NCBI RefSeq assembly: GCF_006345805.1
Contig: NC_043001.1
Coordinates: 133,548,001-133,612,000, forward strand
Length of the DNA: 64,000 nt
Reading direction: 5' to 3'
Origin: Octopus sinensis
Lineage: Eukaryota
A program made the position numbers and the translations under genes. Numbering within the stretch: the stretch's first letter is position 1; every line of letters starts with the position of its first letter. Below, one piece after another: positions 12,769 through 27,332 of this stretch. The notes beneath the pieces are model-generated. The model made no database searches and was not told where the DNA came from. It saw nothing but the letters and a program-made list of their open reading frames with translations.

Positions 12769-12863
12769 CTTGTTCTATTTCTATTCCTGAGTGCCATACT
12801 AATACATTTGTTTGTTTGTACTCCACCTGCCTTCGTCTTTTGTTTATATTCGTAAACCTTCCC

Positions 12864-12983
<120 letters not shown>

Positions 12984-12987
12984 TATA

Positions 12988-13071
12988 CAGGGTGTGATGG
13001 GTAAATTGTCACCATGTCAGTGTTATTTTCATTTTTGCATAATTCAGCTGACAGTTATTCACCACCCCCTG
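12988..13071. mobile_element. 84-bp MITE of the same CAGGGTG family
   Basis: TA|CAGGGTGTGATGGGTAA ... TTATTCACCACCCCCTG, imperfect TIRs. Confidence 0.55.
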
Positions 13072-13132
13072 TGTGCATGTGTATGTATGTATGTGATGTG
13101 TATATATGTATGTATGTATGTACATATCTGTG

Positions 13133-13203
<71 letters not shown>

Positions 13204-13743
13204 ATATATATCATCATCATCATCATCATTAAATAAACGATATGAGATTGCCTCATAATAAATTAAAAGATAGCACTCTGGAAAAGATATTGTTTCAGGT
13301 AATTACTAACATGTAACAATAGATCCGGTTGAAGTGGGGGGAAATTCCTTCACTGGTTTCATTCCTCTCACTTGATGAGGAAAAAACAGAATCATTAAAA
13401 TATTACAGCAGTATGTATCATCATTTGAGAGGCCTAAAATAATGTGGTGGTGATGGTGGTGGTGGTGGTGGTGGTGGTGGTGGTGGTGTGGTGGTGGTGG
13501 TGGTGGTGGTGGTGGTGGTGGTGAGGCTGGCAGCACCAATAGTACTGGTAGTAGTATCGGTGGTAGTAACAGTACTAATGATGATATTGATGATAATGGT
13601 GCTAGTGGTGGTGGTGGTGGTGGTGGTGGTGATAGTGGTGGTAGTGGTGATGTTGATAGTGGGGTCAGTGGTGTTTTGTTGTTGTTGTTGGTGGTGGTGG
13701 TGGTAGTGTTGATAGTGGGGTTAGTGGGGTTTTGTTGTTGTTG

Positions 13744-13775
<32 letters not shown>

Positions 13776-14343
13776 GTTGATGGTGGGGTGAGGGGTAGCA
13801 TTTGTACAATTATGTTTGAAAGATATTGATGTTGTAGGTGTGGTAGTCGTTGTGGTATTGGTGGTGGTACTGGCAGTATAGGTTGTGATGGTATTGGTAG
13901 TGGTTGTGGTAATTCTAGAGTACAGCTGAAGTGATGATGGTAGTGGTGGTTTTTCGGTGGTGGTGGCTATGGTGGTGATGTTATTGCTGCTGTTTTGGAA
14001 CTCCATGTTATCCCTGATTAAGTGGTAGATCTATAATCAAAGACTTCCCATCCATGACCATCATCTTTTTTCTTATTTTGTCTATTTACAGCTATATCAT
14101 CTAATGTTCTTCTTTATCTTTTACTTGTTTCAATCACTGGACTGTGGCCATATTGTGTCATCATCCGGAAGAGTCTAGACAAAAATAATTGACTGCAGTA
14201 GTTATTTCAAGTCTGGTACTTATTCCATCTAGCTCTTTTGACTGAGCTGCTAAGTTACAGGGACATAAACAAACCAACACCAGTTGCAGATTTACCAGGA
14301 TGCGAAGGATTCTTCTCCATTCCAATTAGAAAGAGACCAGATA

Positions 14344-14741
14344 TCTTTATATATAAAAGTGAAGTTGTGTGTCTGTCTCCTACGATTTAGATTCCTAACT
14401 ACTCCCACATTTTGCGGTGCAGTTTAACCAAAACCGGGTATCTTATAGTCGGGATTCATATCGAGCCCTTCTGGGTATTAGCGCGCGTCTACGATGAGTC
14501 TACGATTTTCAAAAAAATTTACCATCATTTTTTTCCATTTTAATGCATTTTTTCGCTATTATATAAGGAAAGTAACTCTCTAAAAATGTCTACGATGAGT
14601 CAACGATTTTTAAAAAAATTTACCATCATTTTTTTTCCATTTTTAATGCATTTTTTTGCTATTTTTTGGCTATAACTCTCTAAAAATGCTTATATAGTTA
14701 TTTCCCTTACAAGCCCGAGCAACGCCGGGTGATACTGCTAG
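14344..14741 (+). mobile_element. Non-autonomous Helitron
   Basis: 5' A|TC, 3' hairpin CCCG-AGCAACGC-CGGG and CTAG|T, no TSD. Confidence 0.88.
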
Positions 14742-15892
14742 TTATCATATGAAGTGAGGGAAAACGAGTGATAAATCTGGTCCAATTAACTCTTTAGCAT
14801 TCCCATTATTCTGTCAAAAGTAATGCCTTGTGCTGGTGGCACGTAAAACTGTGCCGGTGGCACGTAAAAAGCACCATCCAAATGTGACCGATGCCAGTGT
14901 CGCCTTGACTGGCTTCCGTGCCGGTGGCACGTAAAAAGCACGAACTGATAGTGGCCGCTACCAGTCTCCCCTGGCACATAAAAAGCACCCACTACACTCA
15001 TGGAGTGGTTGGAGTTAGGAAACACTGCCAGATCAGACTGGAGTCTGGTGCAGCCTCCTGGCTTCCCAGACCCCGGTCGAACCATCCAACCCATGCTAGC
15101 ATGGAAAACAGACGTGAAACGATAATGATGATGATGATGATGATTGTTTTGTAGTAGTCATGCATTATTTTGTAGCTTAAGAGATTCTGAAGAGATAACT
15201 GTTAATTTCATTTTTAAAAAGAGACAATGATCAATGTTTAAAAGAATATTGAGTGAAGTCTAGTAACCAGCTTATCTAGCAAGCAGAGCCTCACTTCAGT
15301 GGGGGGTTGAGGTGGTGCCCAATAATTCCATCAAATGGAAGGCCCTGAAATGGTGTGCATTCTCTGCTGGTAATCCATAAGCCTGCTAGTGTCTGATATG
15401 TGGAGCTTTCAACAGGTAGCCCTTGTATCTGCAAGTTGTTTGCAAATATTATATATATTAGTGGGACCCATGGAAATTCCACCAAATGTAAAAAATTAAG
15501 ATGACCCACCTAAGAAAGAAAGGATGATTTGCATTTTTATAGCATTCATAGTTTAGCTATTTTTAAATACTCTTGACATTCATCTACATTCATTTCCTCA
15601 CGTCTCCATCGGTGTTGCCTTTCTTTCTTTTTATTGTATTTTCACACTGTTTCTCTCTGATTCATGCTCTATTCTGTGCATCATTTCTCAGGCAGCTTAC
15701 AACCATATTTCTTGGGAATCCAGAGTTTAGGCTAAATTAACCCTTATAAACAAATATCAATTCCTTAAGTGAACAGACAATAAATAATTACACTTATGCA
15801 AATGCGATGATCGTTATAAAAAAAATTAGTTCAGTAAAAAATACTTTTTACTATCAACATATCACCACCACCACCACCACCACTGCTGGCTG

Positions 15893-15934
<42 letters not shown>

Positions 15935-16418
15935 CCTTTCCTACCTTCCCTACCCCCACTGCATGTCATTAGCACCTTTCTCTCCCTCACCTCATCTTTT
16001 TCTCTCGTTCTTCACCTCTACCTTCAGCTGACCACATGACCATTTGGCCTAAGTGTATTAATATTAATCACCTTTCTCTACTTCTTCTCCCTCTCTTCTT
16101 TCTTCACTCCTCCTTCCCCTTCTCTCTCTCTCTCTCTCTCTCTCACTCTTACTCCACCCCTCACTCACTGCACCTCCACCTCTCTAACTAACTAATGTAT
16201 AACGGGGGGGGGGGAATGAACAAACAGATTATTATAGACACACACACACATATGATGGGCCTCAGGAGGCGATGACAAATAACTGAGACCATTTTTGATA
16301 TGCTGTGCTTGAGAAGACTCATCAAGTCAAGTTAAATCATAGTCATGGCCAATACCAGTGTCACGTAACTGGCAGAAATACTGGTGGTACATAAAAGCAC
16401 CTGTGCTGGTGGCACATA

Positions 16419-17010
16419 ATGGCAGAAATGTTAGCACACCGGGTGAAATGCTTAGCGGTATTTCGTCTGCCGTTATATTGAGGGTTCAAATTCCGCCGAG
16501 GTCGACTTTGCCTTTCATCCTTTCGGGGTCGATAAATTAAGTACCAGTTACGCACTGGGGTCGATGTAATCGCCTTAATACCTATGTCTGTCCTTGTTTG
16601 CCCCCTCTGTGTTTAGCCCCTTGTGGGTAATAAAGAAATAGGTATTTCTTCTGCGTTACGTTGTGAGTTCAAATTCCGCCAAGGTCGACTTTGCCTTTCA
16701 TCCTTTCGGAGTCGATAAATTAAGTACCAATTACGCACTGGGGTCGATGTAATCGACTTAATACCTATGTCTGTCCTTGTTTGTTCCCTCTGTGTTTAGC
16801 CCCTTGTGGGTAATAAAGAAATAGGTATTTCTTCTGCGTTACGTTGTGAGTTCAAATTCCGCCAAGGTCGACTTTGCCTTTCATCCTTTCGGGGTCGATA
16901 AATTAAGTACCAATTACGCACTGGGGTCGATGTAATCGACTTAATACCTCTGTCTGTCCTTGTTTGTCCCCTCTGTGTTTAGCCCCTTGTGGGTAATAAA
17001 GAAATAGGTA
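16419..17010 (+). mobile_element. SINE family B trimer (183-bp period) inside a family E SINE
   Basis: TTCAAATTCCGCC recurs at 16485, 16668 and 16851. Confidence 0.9.
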
Positions 17011-17799
17011 TTCATGCCGGTGGCACATGAAAAACACCTATTACACTCTTGCAGTGGTTGGCTTTCGGCCGTAGAAACCATGCCAAATCAGATTGGAACC
17101 TGGTGCAGCTCTCCAGCTTACCAGTTCCAGTCAAACTGTCTAACCCATACCAGCATGGAAAGCAGATGCTAAATGATGATGCGGAGGAGGAGGGGAGGAG
17201 GAGGAGGATATACGATGGACTTGCACACAGCTTTCTCTGCCAAATTTGCTCACAAGGCATTGGTGGAACTCAAAACCACATGGTTATGAACTGAGCTTCT
17301 TAACCACGTGATCCTTATTTGTACCTATCCTCCTTATTTATTTTGGGGGGTTTGTAAAATAAAGTACCAGTCAAGTACTAATTTCGTTGTAATTGACTAA
17401 CTCCACTCCACTTAAAACTGTTTGTCTTGTACTAAAATTTGAAACCAATAATATTATTATAACTATTACATGTCATATGAGGGGTGCTGAAAAGTTCCTG
17501 GCTTTGAGGCTATCATGAATGGTTGATTGGAAGCCCAATTCTAAGTTCTTTTAGAAAGCTTAGAAAAAATTTACCTTTCATCCTTTTGGGGTTGATGGAA
17601 TAAGTACCAGTCAAGCAGGTGGATTACTATAACTGACTAGATCCCTTCCTCAAAATTTCATGCCTTGTACCTACAGTAGAAATCATCATTATTATCATTA
17701 TTATATGAAAACTCACAGCTTATTTTGCTAGGCATAATGGAAACTGTCAATTTGTCCACAGCCAGCAGATTAAGTAAGGTGACATTTGTTTACTGGTCA

Positions 17800-17955
17800 T
17801 GCTTCAAGAACCCTGTGAAGAATTCTCCCAATAGAGCAGTTTTCTAGGCATGTTCCAACATCATGTCAATTCCATTTTCTCTGACATATATCTCAAACCT
17901 GGTTGTTAATGATCCCAGTGCCCCAAAAACTACTGGGATGACAATTACACTGCCC
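17800..17955 (-). mobile_element. RLE-type (R4/Dong-like) LINE C-terminal relic
   Basis: VIVIPVVFGALGSLTTRFEIYVRENGI...*KTALLG resembles the VVPIVIGALG...QKAALLG motif. Confidence 0.5.
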
Positions 17956-18136
17956 AGATTACATTGGCTGCAGGCTGGTCACATTACACCGGGCAACTAA
18001 CTGCACACTGCTCACATAACACCTGGATATCTAGCTACATATGTAGAAAAGAGCATCAGGTCATTTCTGTTTATGCCTTCTTTCAACTGCAAGCCAAACT
18101 TTACATGTTAGTCATAAAACTGTGTATGTGTGTGTG

Positions 18137-18225
<89 letters not shown>

Positions 18226-18750
18226 GCGTGCACACATGAACTGTTAATGATTTGTTATCATGATCCTTAATAATTAGCAACATTCATTGGGAGGGGACAT
18301 CTAACCATAGAAACCATGTCAAAAGCAGACATTGAAACATGATGCAGTCCTTGGACCTATTAGATCATGTCAAGTCATCCAACCCATTCCAGCATGGAAC
18401 AAGGATGTTAAATGATGATAGTGAGGATAGTTTGATAATTCATCAAAAGAAGAATTGGAGAAAACATTCATTAATCATTAATGAGTACTTCAACCAATAG
18501 TGGAAAGTTTATCTGTGAAGAACTGTGATGTTTATGGCATTACCAAGGGCATTGATCAAGAAACTGGATGACAATCTCTATGGCAGCTTATCTCATGCTT
18601 CTTTATTTGTAAAAATCTATCAAAGCATTGATAGAGAACGGTGAATTGAATCATCCCTAAGATATGACTAGCACTTTATCAAACCTAGAGGCAAAAGCAT
18701 AGCTCACCTCATCACAGTTTGAACTCAAAACATAAAGAGGCCAAGCTTAA

Positions 18751-18972
18751 CCCTTTCAATACCAACCCGGCTGAAACCGCTTCTGGCTCTGTAGTACAAA
18801 TGTCTTGTTTTCATAAGTTTTGAATTAAAATCTTCCACCAAACCTTAGTCATAATTTATGATCCTAACACTAGCTTAATGGTAACTAAGTTATGTTACTA
18901 AAAATCTTTGTTATATTTAAAGTAATTGAAAGAAACAAAGAGCATCTCAAAATAAATACAGTAATGAAAGGG
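18751..18972. mobile_element. piggyBac-type MITE, same family as 2045, opposite orientation
   Basis: TTAA|CCCTTTC ... GAAAGGG|TTAA; internal sequence is the reverse complement of the 2 kb copy. Confidence 0.8.
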
Positions 18973-19061
18973 TTAATATCAGAAGTGGCAGAATTCTACT
19001 TTAAGTTTTTTATTTTGGGGAATTTTCAGAAAATTTTTGCAAATTTGTGTTCTACACACAT

Positions 19062-19544
19062 GGCTTGGTACTACTTAAGAGTGGACCCGACATGCACACC
19101 TTCAGTCAGTAGACGGACACACACACATGCACAAGTCAGTGGTGTCCACGATAATAAAAAGCCTCCACAAGTATAAATGTGTAAACTGTAAATCGGTGGG
19201 GGTGGCGTTTTAATTACTTTTGAGTAACATTCAAATTTCATTGAGTAACATTCAAATTTCATTGAGTAACATTCAAATTTCATTGAGTAACATTCAAATT
19301 TCATTGAGTAACATTCAAATTTCAAATTCAAAATTTGTTTTATTTTCATTCATGGTTTGTTTTATTAGATAGATAAATTTACAGTTTACACATCTTTATA
19401 CATGTGGAGGGTTTTTTGTTATCACAGATGCCACTGACTCACATGTGTACATGTGTCCGTCTACTGACTGGTACAGGTGCACACATCCACTGACAAGCAT
19501 GGGTGCGCACATTGGGTCCACTCTTTTTAAATAGTACCTAGGGC
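19062..19544. mobile_element. Foldback MITE with a central 5 x 21-bp array
   Basis: Inverted arms at about 19062-19195 and 19376-19544; TTGAGTAACATTCAAATTTCA x5 at 19220-19324. Confidence 0.75.
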
Positions 19545-19934
19545 TTCATACAGTTATGCAAAAGCCAAACAAATCTTTTTGTGTGATTTAAGGACTATTT
19601 AGCTGTTATTTTTAGCACATCTCATGACCACCTGCTACCCTCCTTATTTGTCACCGTGATGTATTGATGTTTTTTAATATCTATCTCCCCATAAATACAT
19701 TTAATGGTCTATTGCTGAGATTTAAGTAAAAACTTTGGACAATCTGTATTTTAAACTGTGATTCTCAAAATAAAGAAAATAAAATTTGAAAAATTAAAAA
19801 AAGTTTTTAGAAAATTTTGGAAAAATAAAAAAAATCTTTTTTTTTTTTCTTAGTCACATGAATTCCCATGTGTAGAAAATAAATTTGCAAAATTTTCTCA
19901 AAATTCCAAACAAGTTATGAGTTTAGATGCTTAA

Positions 19935-20154
19935 CCCTTTAGTGTTCAGATTATTCTGTCAAATGTAATATTTGTTTATTTAAAATGGTTTGAATTAATC
20001 ATGCATTATCTTATAGTTTAGAGATTTCAATGATGTGATTTTTTAGTTTTAGAATGACATGGTAGGGCTGAGGTGACAGGCGAGATCTGGTCAGTTTCAA
20101 TATAAAACAGGTTAAATATTTTGGCCGGATATGGCCGGTTTGAATGCTAAAGGG
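19935..20154. mobile_element. piggyBac-type MITE, second family
   Basis: TTAA|CCCTTTAG ... CTAAAGGG|TTAA. Confidence 0.8.
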
Positions 20155-21232
20155 TTAAAGCAGAATTCTGCCTTGCAAGGTATTTTATTGACTGCACTAC
20201 CAATTCTACCAAACAATAGCTTGATTCTTCACATATTCTACCATTCATTACCTGGTTGTTGTGCTAATTCTACTATCCACAGCCATCACCAATAAACATT
20301 TGATTCATAACATAAGGCTACGAATTTGACAAAAAACAACTAATTATTATCAGCCTCATTTTATAAATGGTATTCATCTTCATCATTTAACGTCCATTTC
20401 CCATACTGGCATGAGTTGGACAGTTTAACAGGAACTGGCCAGCTGCCCAAGCTCCATGTCTGTTTCAGCATGATTTCTATAGCTGGATGCCCTTTCTAAT
20501 GCCAATCACTTTACAGAGTGTACTGGGTGCTTTTATGCAGCACATTTACATGGTACTAGTTTGGGTGCTGTTTACACGGCACCGGCACCCATGAGCCCAC
20601 AAGATAAGGAATGTTTAGCTGGAGAAGGATGCAGGAAACATGCCTGTATGCAAGGGCAACCACATATTATTTTATTATTCCCAGGACCAACCCCGGCACA
20701 ACTGGAATTTAAAACAATGGAAATAATAACTAAAATTTGCCAAATCTGCCGTGTTTTATTTGTTTCAGTGCAACTATGCTGAAGATCTGCTTTGGGAAGT
20801 TTAGTTGGACAAAACAAGCCTTGTACATATTTTTTAGTTTTGTACTTATTTTGTGTCTCTTTTGCAAACCACTAAGTTACAATTTTCCAAGCAAACCAAC
20901 ATCTACTGTCAAGTACTAGTCGGGGGGAGGTGGACAAGCACAAAGATACACACAAAAACACCTATATACATATATGGAGAAAGAGAGAGAAAGAGAGGGG
21001 GGGCACCCACACAGTTTCTATCTACCAAATTCACTCATGAGACACTTGTCAGGTCAGGGCTTCAGTAGAAGACATTTACCTGAGGTGCCATGCACTGGAA
21101 CTGAACTCAAAACCACAAGGATGCGAAGTGAGCTTCTTAACCACATAGCTATCCAAAGAAATAAATTTTGGCTTCAAATTTTGGTGCAAGGCCAGCAAGT
21201 TCAGGGGTCGGGATAAATTGCCAACAAGTTCA

Positions 21233-21740
21233 GGGTATGGCCTGGTCAGCCTGTAATGACATGCATAAGATCTGGTCATCAAATCTAAGTAGAGACTTCA
21301 AACTTGAAATATTCAAAGCCACAGTCGAACCAATTCTACTATATGGCTCAGAAACCTGGACGTTATCAAAGAAGCTTGAGAGGCGGTTGGATGGAACTTA
21401 CACTCGCCTCCTTATGAGAGCTCAAAATCTCTTGTGGAAGTGTCATCCAACCAAAGTACAAAAATATGGGAAACTACCACCTGTGTCATCTCTTGTGAAA
21501 GGTAGGAGAGTCCAGTTTGTTGGACATTGTTGTAGAGCTGAAAAAGAAGTAATTTCTACTCTTCTCCTCTGGAAGCCATCTACTCGCAATACCAGAGGGC
21601 GCACACTCTCCTACCCTGATGTAATCTCCAGGGATACAGGCATCCAGCAACAGAACCTCCGTAATGCCATGATGGACCGTGAAGTCTGGTGTAGCATGGT
21701 AAATTCCATTGTCTCGACCACGGTCGAACAATGATGATGA
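21233..21740 (+). mobile_element. RTE-group LINE 3' end
   Basis: About 165 open codons (FKATVEPILLYGSETWTLSKKLERRLDGTYTRLL...GH...W), followed by a (TGA)n tail. Confidence 0.85.
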
Positions 21741-22411
21741 TCAGGCATGGAGTAAACCTTACATTGATCCCTCTGCTCGACTGGTTCTTATTTTATTGAG
21801 TACCAAAAGATGAAAAGCAAAGTCGACCTTGGCAGAGTTTGAACTGAAAATGTAGAGTCTAACAAAATGCCCAGTACATTAATGTTCCTACCAGTTCATC
21901 ACCCAACTGAAACAAATAAATATAGAAAACAAAAATTTTATAGAAAAATAAATTTTATTCAAAAATGTTTCAAAAGACAAACATTTTCTTTTTTGTAAAT
22001 ATATTTTTGTAAACAACAATTATAAAACATAACAAATAATTTGGTTAATTATAAAGAAACCATCAAAAATAAGAATCGAAATTGTTTTGCACTTAATAAA
22101 TGTTAACGAATGAATCTGATTTAGCAAACAGAGAAATTATGAATTTGACTGACAACTTATTCAGTATTAAATATAGTAGTGAAAACCTAAATTTTAATTT
22201 ATTTTTTTTTAAATATGCCTTAATTGCAAAATTTCAAATAAACTTAGTAATTGAACTATTTGATTTTGGAAGCTAAACTTTCAAATGACAGTTTTATGTT
22301 TAGTAAAACTGATCGAAAATGCTAAATTAAATTAATGAAATTAATTAGCAAAATTAATTTGCAAAATATGTATAAACATTGGAAATAACTTTTATGTATG
22401 TGTGTGTGTAA

Positions 22412-22444
<33 letters not shown>

Positions 22445-23132
22445 CATGCACACACACATACATGTATATATATATATATATAAATATATATATATATACA
22501 CACACACATGTATATATATGTATGCTTACATCTATACATACATGCATGCATATATCAAAACATGTATATACATACATATATATGGATATATATTCACATA
22601 TATATATATGCATTACTAATGCACTAGGCTTGTTTTGAATTACGTAAATGTACCATAAAGTATAACTATACCAGTAATTACAAATCTTAGCCAGTGCTCT
22701 ATGTGTGTAATTGAATACACTGGAGAACCATACGCACAAACATACACACACATACATATGTATACACGCATATATGTTATCTGCATGTACGTATATATAC
22801 AACTGTGTTTTTGCTTGTGTTTGTATTTCAAATGCTAATGTTAATATACATATGTATGCATCTTAATTATAATGACTATATTGATGATAATGTGTGGTGT
22901 AGCTTCCAGGTCGAAAAAGATGCTAGTATATACATCTACTGCATCAGCATTGAAGAAAATTAATTTGTTTCAGTAAGTATATTAATTGTAAATAAGTTAC
23001 TACGAAATTAATTGAAAGAAATGTCTTTTCTTCTTATAATTTATTGCAATGGCACAGAAACCAAGAGAAATTTTTAGTTGAGACAAGTTTAGAAAATAAA
23101 ACCAACAAAATCTAAACAAATACACAACAGTC

Positions 23133-23280
23133 ACTTAGCGGTTCGGCAAAAGAGACCGATAGAATAAGTACTGGGCTTACAAAGAATAAGTCCCGGGGTC
23201 GAGTTGCTCGACTAAAGGCGGTGCTCCAGCATGGCCGCAGTCAAATGACTGAAACAAGTAAAAGAGTTTCAAAGAGTAAA
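23133..23280 (+). mobile_element. SINE family A 3' fragment
   Basis: Other partial or diverged copies by similarity: about 1440-1640, 3105-3160, 14100-14290, 20930-21150, 26640-26780 (SDR intron 3), 35200-35310, 40855-40980, 52158-52500, 56030-56240, 62420-62720. Confidence 0.85.
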
Positions 23281-23867
23281 AAATATCTTGTATAAACAAA
23301 AATAAACTTATTAATGCTTTGTAATTTATATATATATATATATAATTAGAGTTTTGACTCCGATAATTAATATTTGTTAAGTGTTGTTGTTGTTATGGTG
23401 GTGAAAATGGGAGTATAAAAAAAAACAAAGTTAAATTTACTGAGGTTAAGATGGTGTAGCATTATTGACTAGATAGATAGTTCAAACCATCGTAATTACT
23501 ATGGAAATAAATATGTGTGTGTGTGAGCATAGGAGACACTTAACCCTTTGCACATGGGAAGTGGATATATTCGCTCTACCATTATCAATATTTATATTTA
23601 ATATTTTTCTAGATAAATTGTGGGGAAAGGAACTATAGGAACTATTAATTATAATAATTAAACTATTGAAATTTAATCTCTTCTTGTTTTGAAATTATTT
23701 TCTTCACTAAGCTGTTTTATAAAAATCTATTAAATGTTACTTATCTGATAACATAATTGTAAATATAGGTTAAAAATATAAAGATATATCTTTGTAATTA
23801 AGGTTATGTTATAATACATTATATATATATATATACATGTATATACACACACACACAATTATATATA

Positions 23868-23907
<40 letters not shown>

Positions 23908-24360
23908 GCATATATATGTACATATATGCGTGTGCATACATATATATATATATTTATATATGTACTATGGTTATATAAAAAGTATATAACATAGTATGAA
24001 TACAGTAGATGACAAACAATATAATGGGATAAATTTTTATATAAAAATATATAATATGCAGACATACATGTGCATATAAATAATATATGTAAATACAATT
24101 ATACATATATATGCATATATGTGTGTGTGTCTAAATGTAACTCAATTAGCATGTTAGTATACTTCAACGAATGTTGAAACTTGATAAACAGTCCAACCAC
24201 CATTGGTCGATGAACTTAAAACATGGCTTGTTGTAGATAGTTTCTACTACTTCTACTCCAAACAAGGTAAAATAATACATTCTTTCTCAATTCAACAATG
24301 TTTTGTTAAATAAAAGCTGCCTAAACAAGGCTGCATGACAACAAGTTATATTTTTGGACA

Positions 24361-24366
24361 TTTATT
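24361..24366 (-). promoter_or_regulatory. Candidate polyadenylation signal (AATAAA) of the SDR gene
   Basis: TTTATT on +, about 470 nt downstream of the stop. The context is AT-rich, so chance matches are common. Confidence 0.3.
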
Positions 24367-24832
24367 AAAATGTGTTTTGATTTTTCTTTTCCAGTGTAAA
24401 AATCTCCAAAAATTGTCAAAATTCCATCCCTATTATAGCAGATACGTGTATATGTATATTTCTGACTTTGAGAAAAAGAAAAATAAATAAATAAATAGAA
24501 TACTTGTCAGAGCAAGATAAAAAAAAAAAAAAAATAATAAATAATGTACACAAATATCTACTCTTGGATCATAGGAAAGCGCTTCTTAAAACCTAGATGA
24601 GATTTCCTCAGAATCCTTCAGCATGTGACCACAAACATAGGATGTTCATCAAAAAAATGTTCTAACGTCACGGAGCAGAACAGAAATATTTTACAGAAAT
24701 GCCAGTCACAAAAAAGTTCAAAGGAATCCCTTACAGAACAGTTTTCGGTTCAGGAAACCTGCTTTGTTTGTAAATGGTTTTTTCTTGTAGAAATACATTT
24801 ATGCATTAGAAAACTATTTTCTTTTTAAATGT

Positions 24833-25050
24833 CTATTCTTCTTGTAACCACGAGTGTTGGAATTCAAACCAGTCAGCCAAGACATGCATCACAGGTTGTC
24901 TAAGGATGGTCGGCAAATGCAAATAACAGAATGGGATGAGACGCGAAAGGAATCCTTTGTAATAGACAAATTGAGGATTTTGTGAAAGAAGTCCATCAAT
25001 CATAGAATTAATGACAGGTGAAATATCAGCTGATAGCATTTCATCAGAGT
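24833..25050 (-). CDS. SDR gene exon 5 (218 nt), to TAG stop
   Basis: Acceptor CTATTTCCAG|AC. Encodes (D)SDEMLSADISPVINSMIDGLLSQNPQFVYYKG..., similar to the SDR9C C-terminal DxSPV...P..RY..G motif. The five exons sum to 1236 nt (411 aa + stop) with all phases compatible. Confidence 0.88.
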
Positions 25051-25119
25051 CTGGAAATAGAGAAAGAATTACATTAGACTTTGCCTTCAAAGCACATCTC
25101 AAATAATTATCAAAAAATT

Positions 25120-25189
25120 CAATTATATATACATGTGCATATATATAATTATATATATATATTCAATTATATATACATTTGCATTTACA

Positions 25190-25228
<39 letters not shown>

Positions 25229-25350
25229 ATATATACATTTGCATTTACATAATTATATATATATTCAATTATATATACATTTGCATTTACATAATTATAT
25301 ATATATAATATATATATATTCAATTATATATACATTTGCATTTACATAAT

Positions 25351-25421
<71 letters not shown>

Positions 25422-25439
25422 ATATACATTTCATTTATA

Positions 25440-25476
<37 letters not shown>

Positions 25477-25496
25477 ATATATACATTTCATTTATA

Positions 25497-25555
<59 letters not shown>

Positions 25556-25579
25556 ATATATACATTTCATTTATATAAT

Positions 25580-25629
<50 letters not shown>

Positions 25630-25648
25630 ATATATACATTTCATTATA

Positions 25649-25685
<37 letters not shown>

Positions 25686-25705
25686 ATATATACATTTCAT
25701 TTATA

Positions 25706-25747
<42 letters not shown>

Positions 25748-25779
25748 ATATATTCAATTATATATACATTTCATTTATA

Positions 25780-25876
<97 letters not shown>

Positions 25877-26117
25877 ATATATACATTTCATTTATATAAT
25901 TATATATATATATATATATATATTCAATTATATATACATTTCATTTATATAATTATATATATAATATATATATATATTATATATATATATATATATTCAA
26001 TTATATATACATTTCATTTATATAATTATATATATATATATATATAATATATATATATATTATATATATATTCAATTATATATACATTTCATTTATATAA
26101 TTATATATATATTATAT

Positions 26118-26161
<44 letters not shown>

Positions 26162-26215
26162 CTATATATATTCAATTATATATACATTTCATTTATATAA
26201 TTATATATATATATA
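25120..26215. repeat. AT-rich compound satellite filling SDR intron 4
   Basis: Core TTCAATTATATATACATTT(G)CATTTA(C/T)ATAATT separated by variable-length (TA)n. Confidence 0.95.
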
Positions 26216-26320
26216 ATATATATAAATATACATAGTGTGTGTGTGTGTGTGTGTTCAGGTTCAACTAAGACATTTAAATTTAATGAATGTAATATGATGT
26301 AATATGATTAAATTACACAC

Positions 26321-26434
26321 CTCCTGCTTTTGGTCTGGCAACAAATGCCTCCTGTCCGAAGTCTTCTTTGATAATAGTTGGTGCTTCTGCCCACCATTTC
26401 TCAGCCATCTTTGTTTTGTCATATGCAATTATTC
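26321..26434 (-). CDS. SDR gene exon 4 (114 nt)
   Basis: Acceptor TCTTTCTCAACAG|GA. Encodes (G)IIAYDKTKMAEKWWAEAPTIIKEDFGQEAFVARPKAG, matching the SDR9C 'W...YG' region. The probable phase-1 donor G|GTGTGT is the weakest site of the gene. Confidence 0.8.
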
Positions 26435-26869
26435 CTGTTGAGAAAGAATATTTAAACATTATTGATTTTGCAATCAAATAAATAAATAAATAAATATATA
26501 AATAGATAGATGGATAGATAGATATATACACATAGATTTAGTTATTAGGAAAGAGTTATAATTATAGTGATATTTATTAATCTATTTTTATAATTATCAA
26601 ATTGATTTAACTTTTCCATATATTTATTAAAAATTTAAATTCTTTTATCCTTTTATTTGTTTCAGTCATTTGACTGTGGCCATGCTGGAGCACCGCCTTT
26701 AGTTCAGCAAACCGACCCCAGGACTTATTCTTTGTAAGCCTAGTACTTATTTTATCGGCCCCTTTTGCCGAACCGCTCAAATGATTTAGAATTTTCCATG
26801 CATGCAATTAGGATAATACTTTCAAATACTTTTCCCCTGCCCATTTAGAAAATAATAATTGTTGCTTAC

Positions 26870-27190
26870 CTGTCTTATAACCACTGGGTACAATTGTGGA
26901 CACCTTTACTCCCCATCGTTCATTCTCAGCACGGAGAACTTCGGACAACATGAAGAGAGCAGATTTCGAGCAACAGTAGGCACCCATCAAAGCTACTGGA
27001 GCTAATCCAGCATTACTTGATACATTGACAATCCGACCTTGACTTCTGCGGAGTAAAGGAAGGAACTTGCGGCACAACAGGAATGGTCCTCGAAAGTTGA
27101 CATCCATTAGTTTAAGCGAGTCAGCTGTTGAAATTATCTCAGAATTTCCAATATAACATATTCCGGCATTGTTGACCAATCCCCAAAGAA
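26870..27190 (-). CDS. SDR gene exon 3 (321 nt), catalytic core
   Basis: Acceptor CACTTTTTCAG|TT. Encodes LWGLVNNAG, GRIVNVSS, the catalytic YCCSK (YxxxK) and WGVKVSTIVPSGYKT. Phase-1 donor G|GTAAGC. Confidence 0.95.
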
Positions 27191-27332
27191 CTGAAAAAGT
27201 GAACAATAAATTTTTAAAATCGATCTTAGAATGTTGAATTGTTTAAATTGAAATGATAAATTTACTATTAAAAAATTCCAGAGAAAAGAAATTCTTTACA
27301 AAAGTAAAGAAAAAATATAAATATCAACTTAC

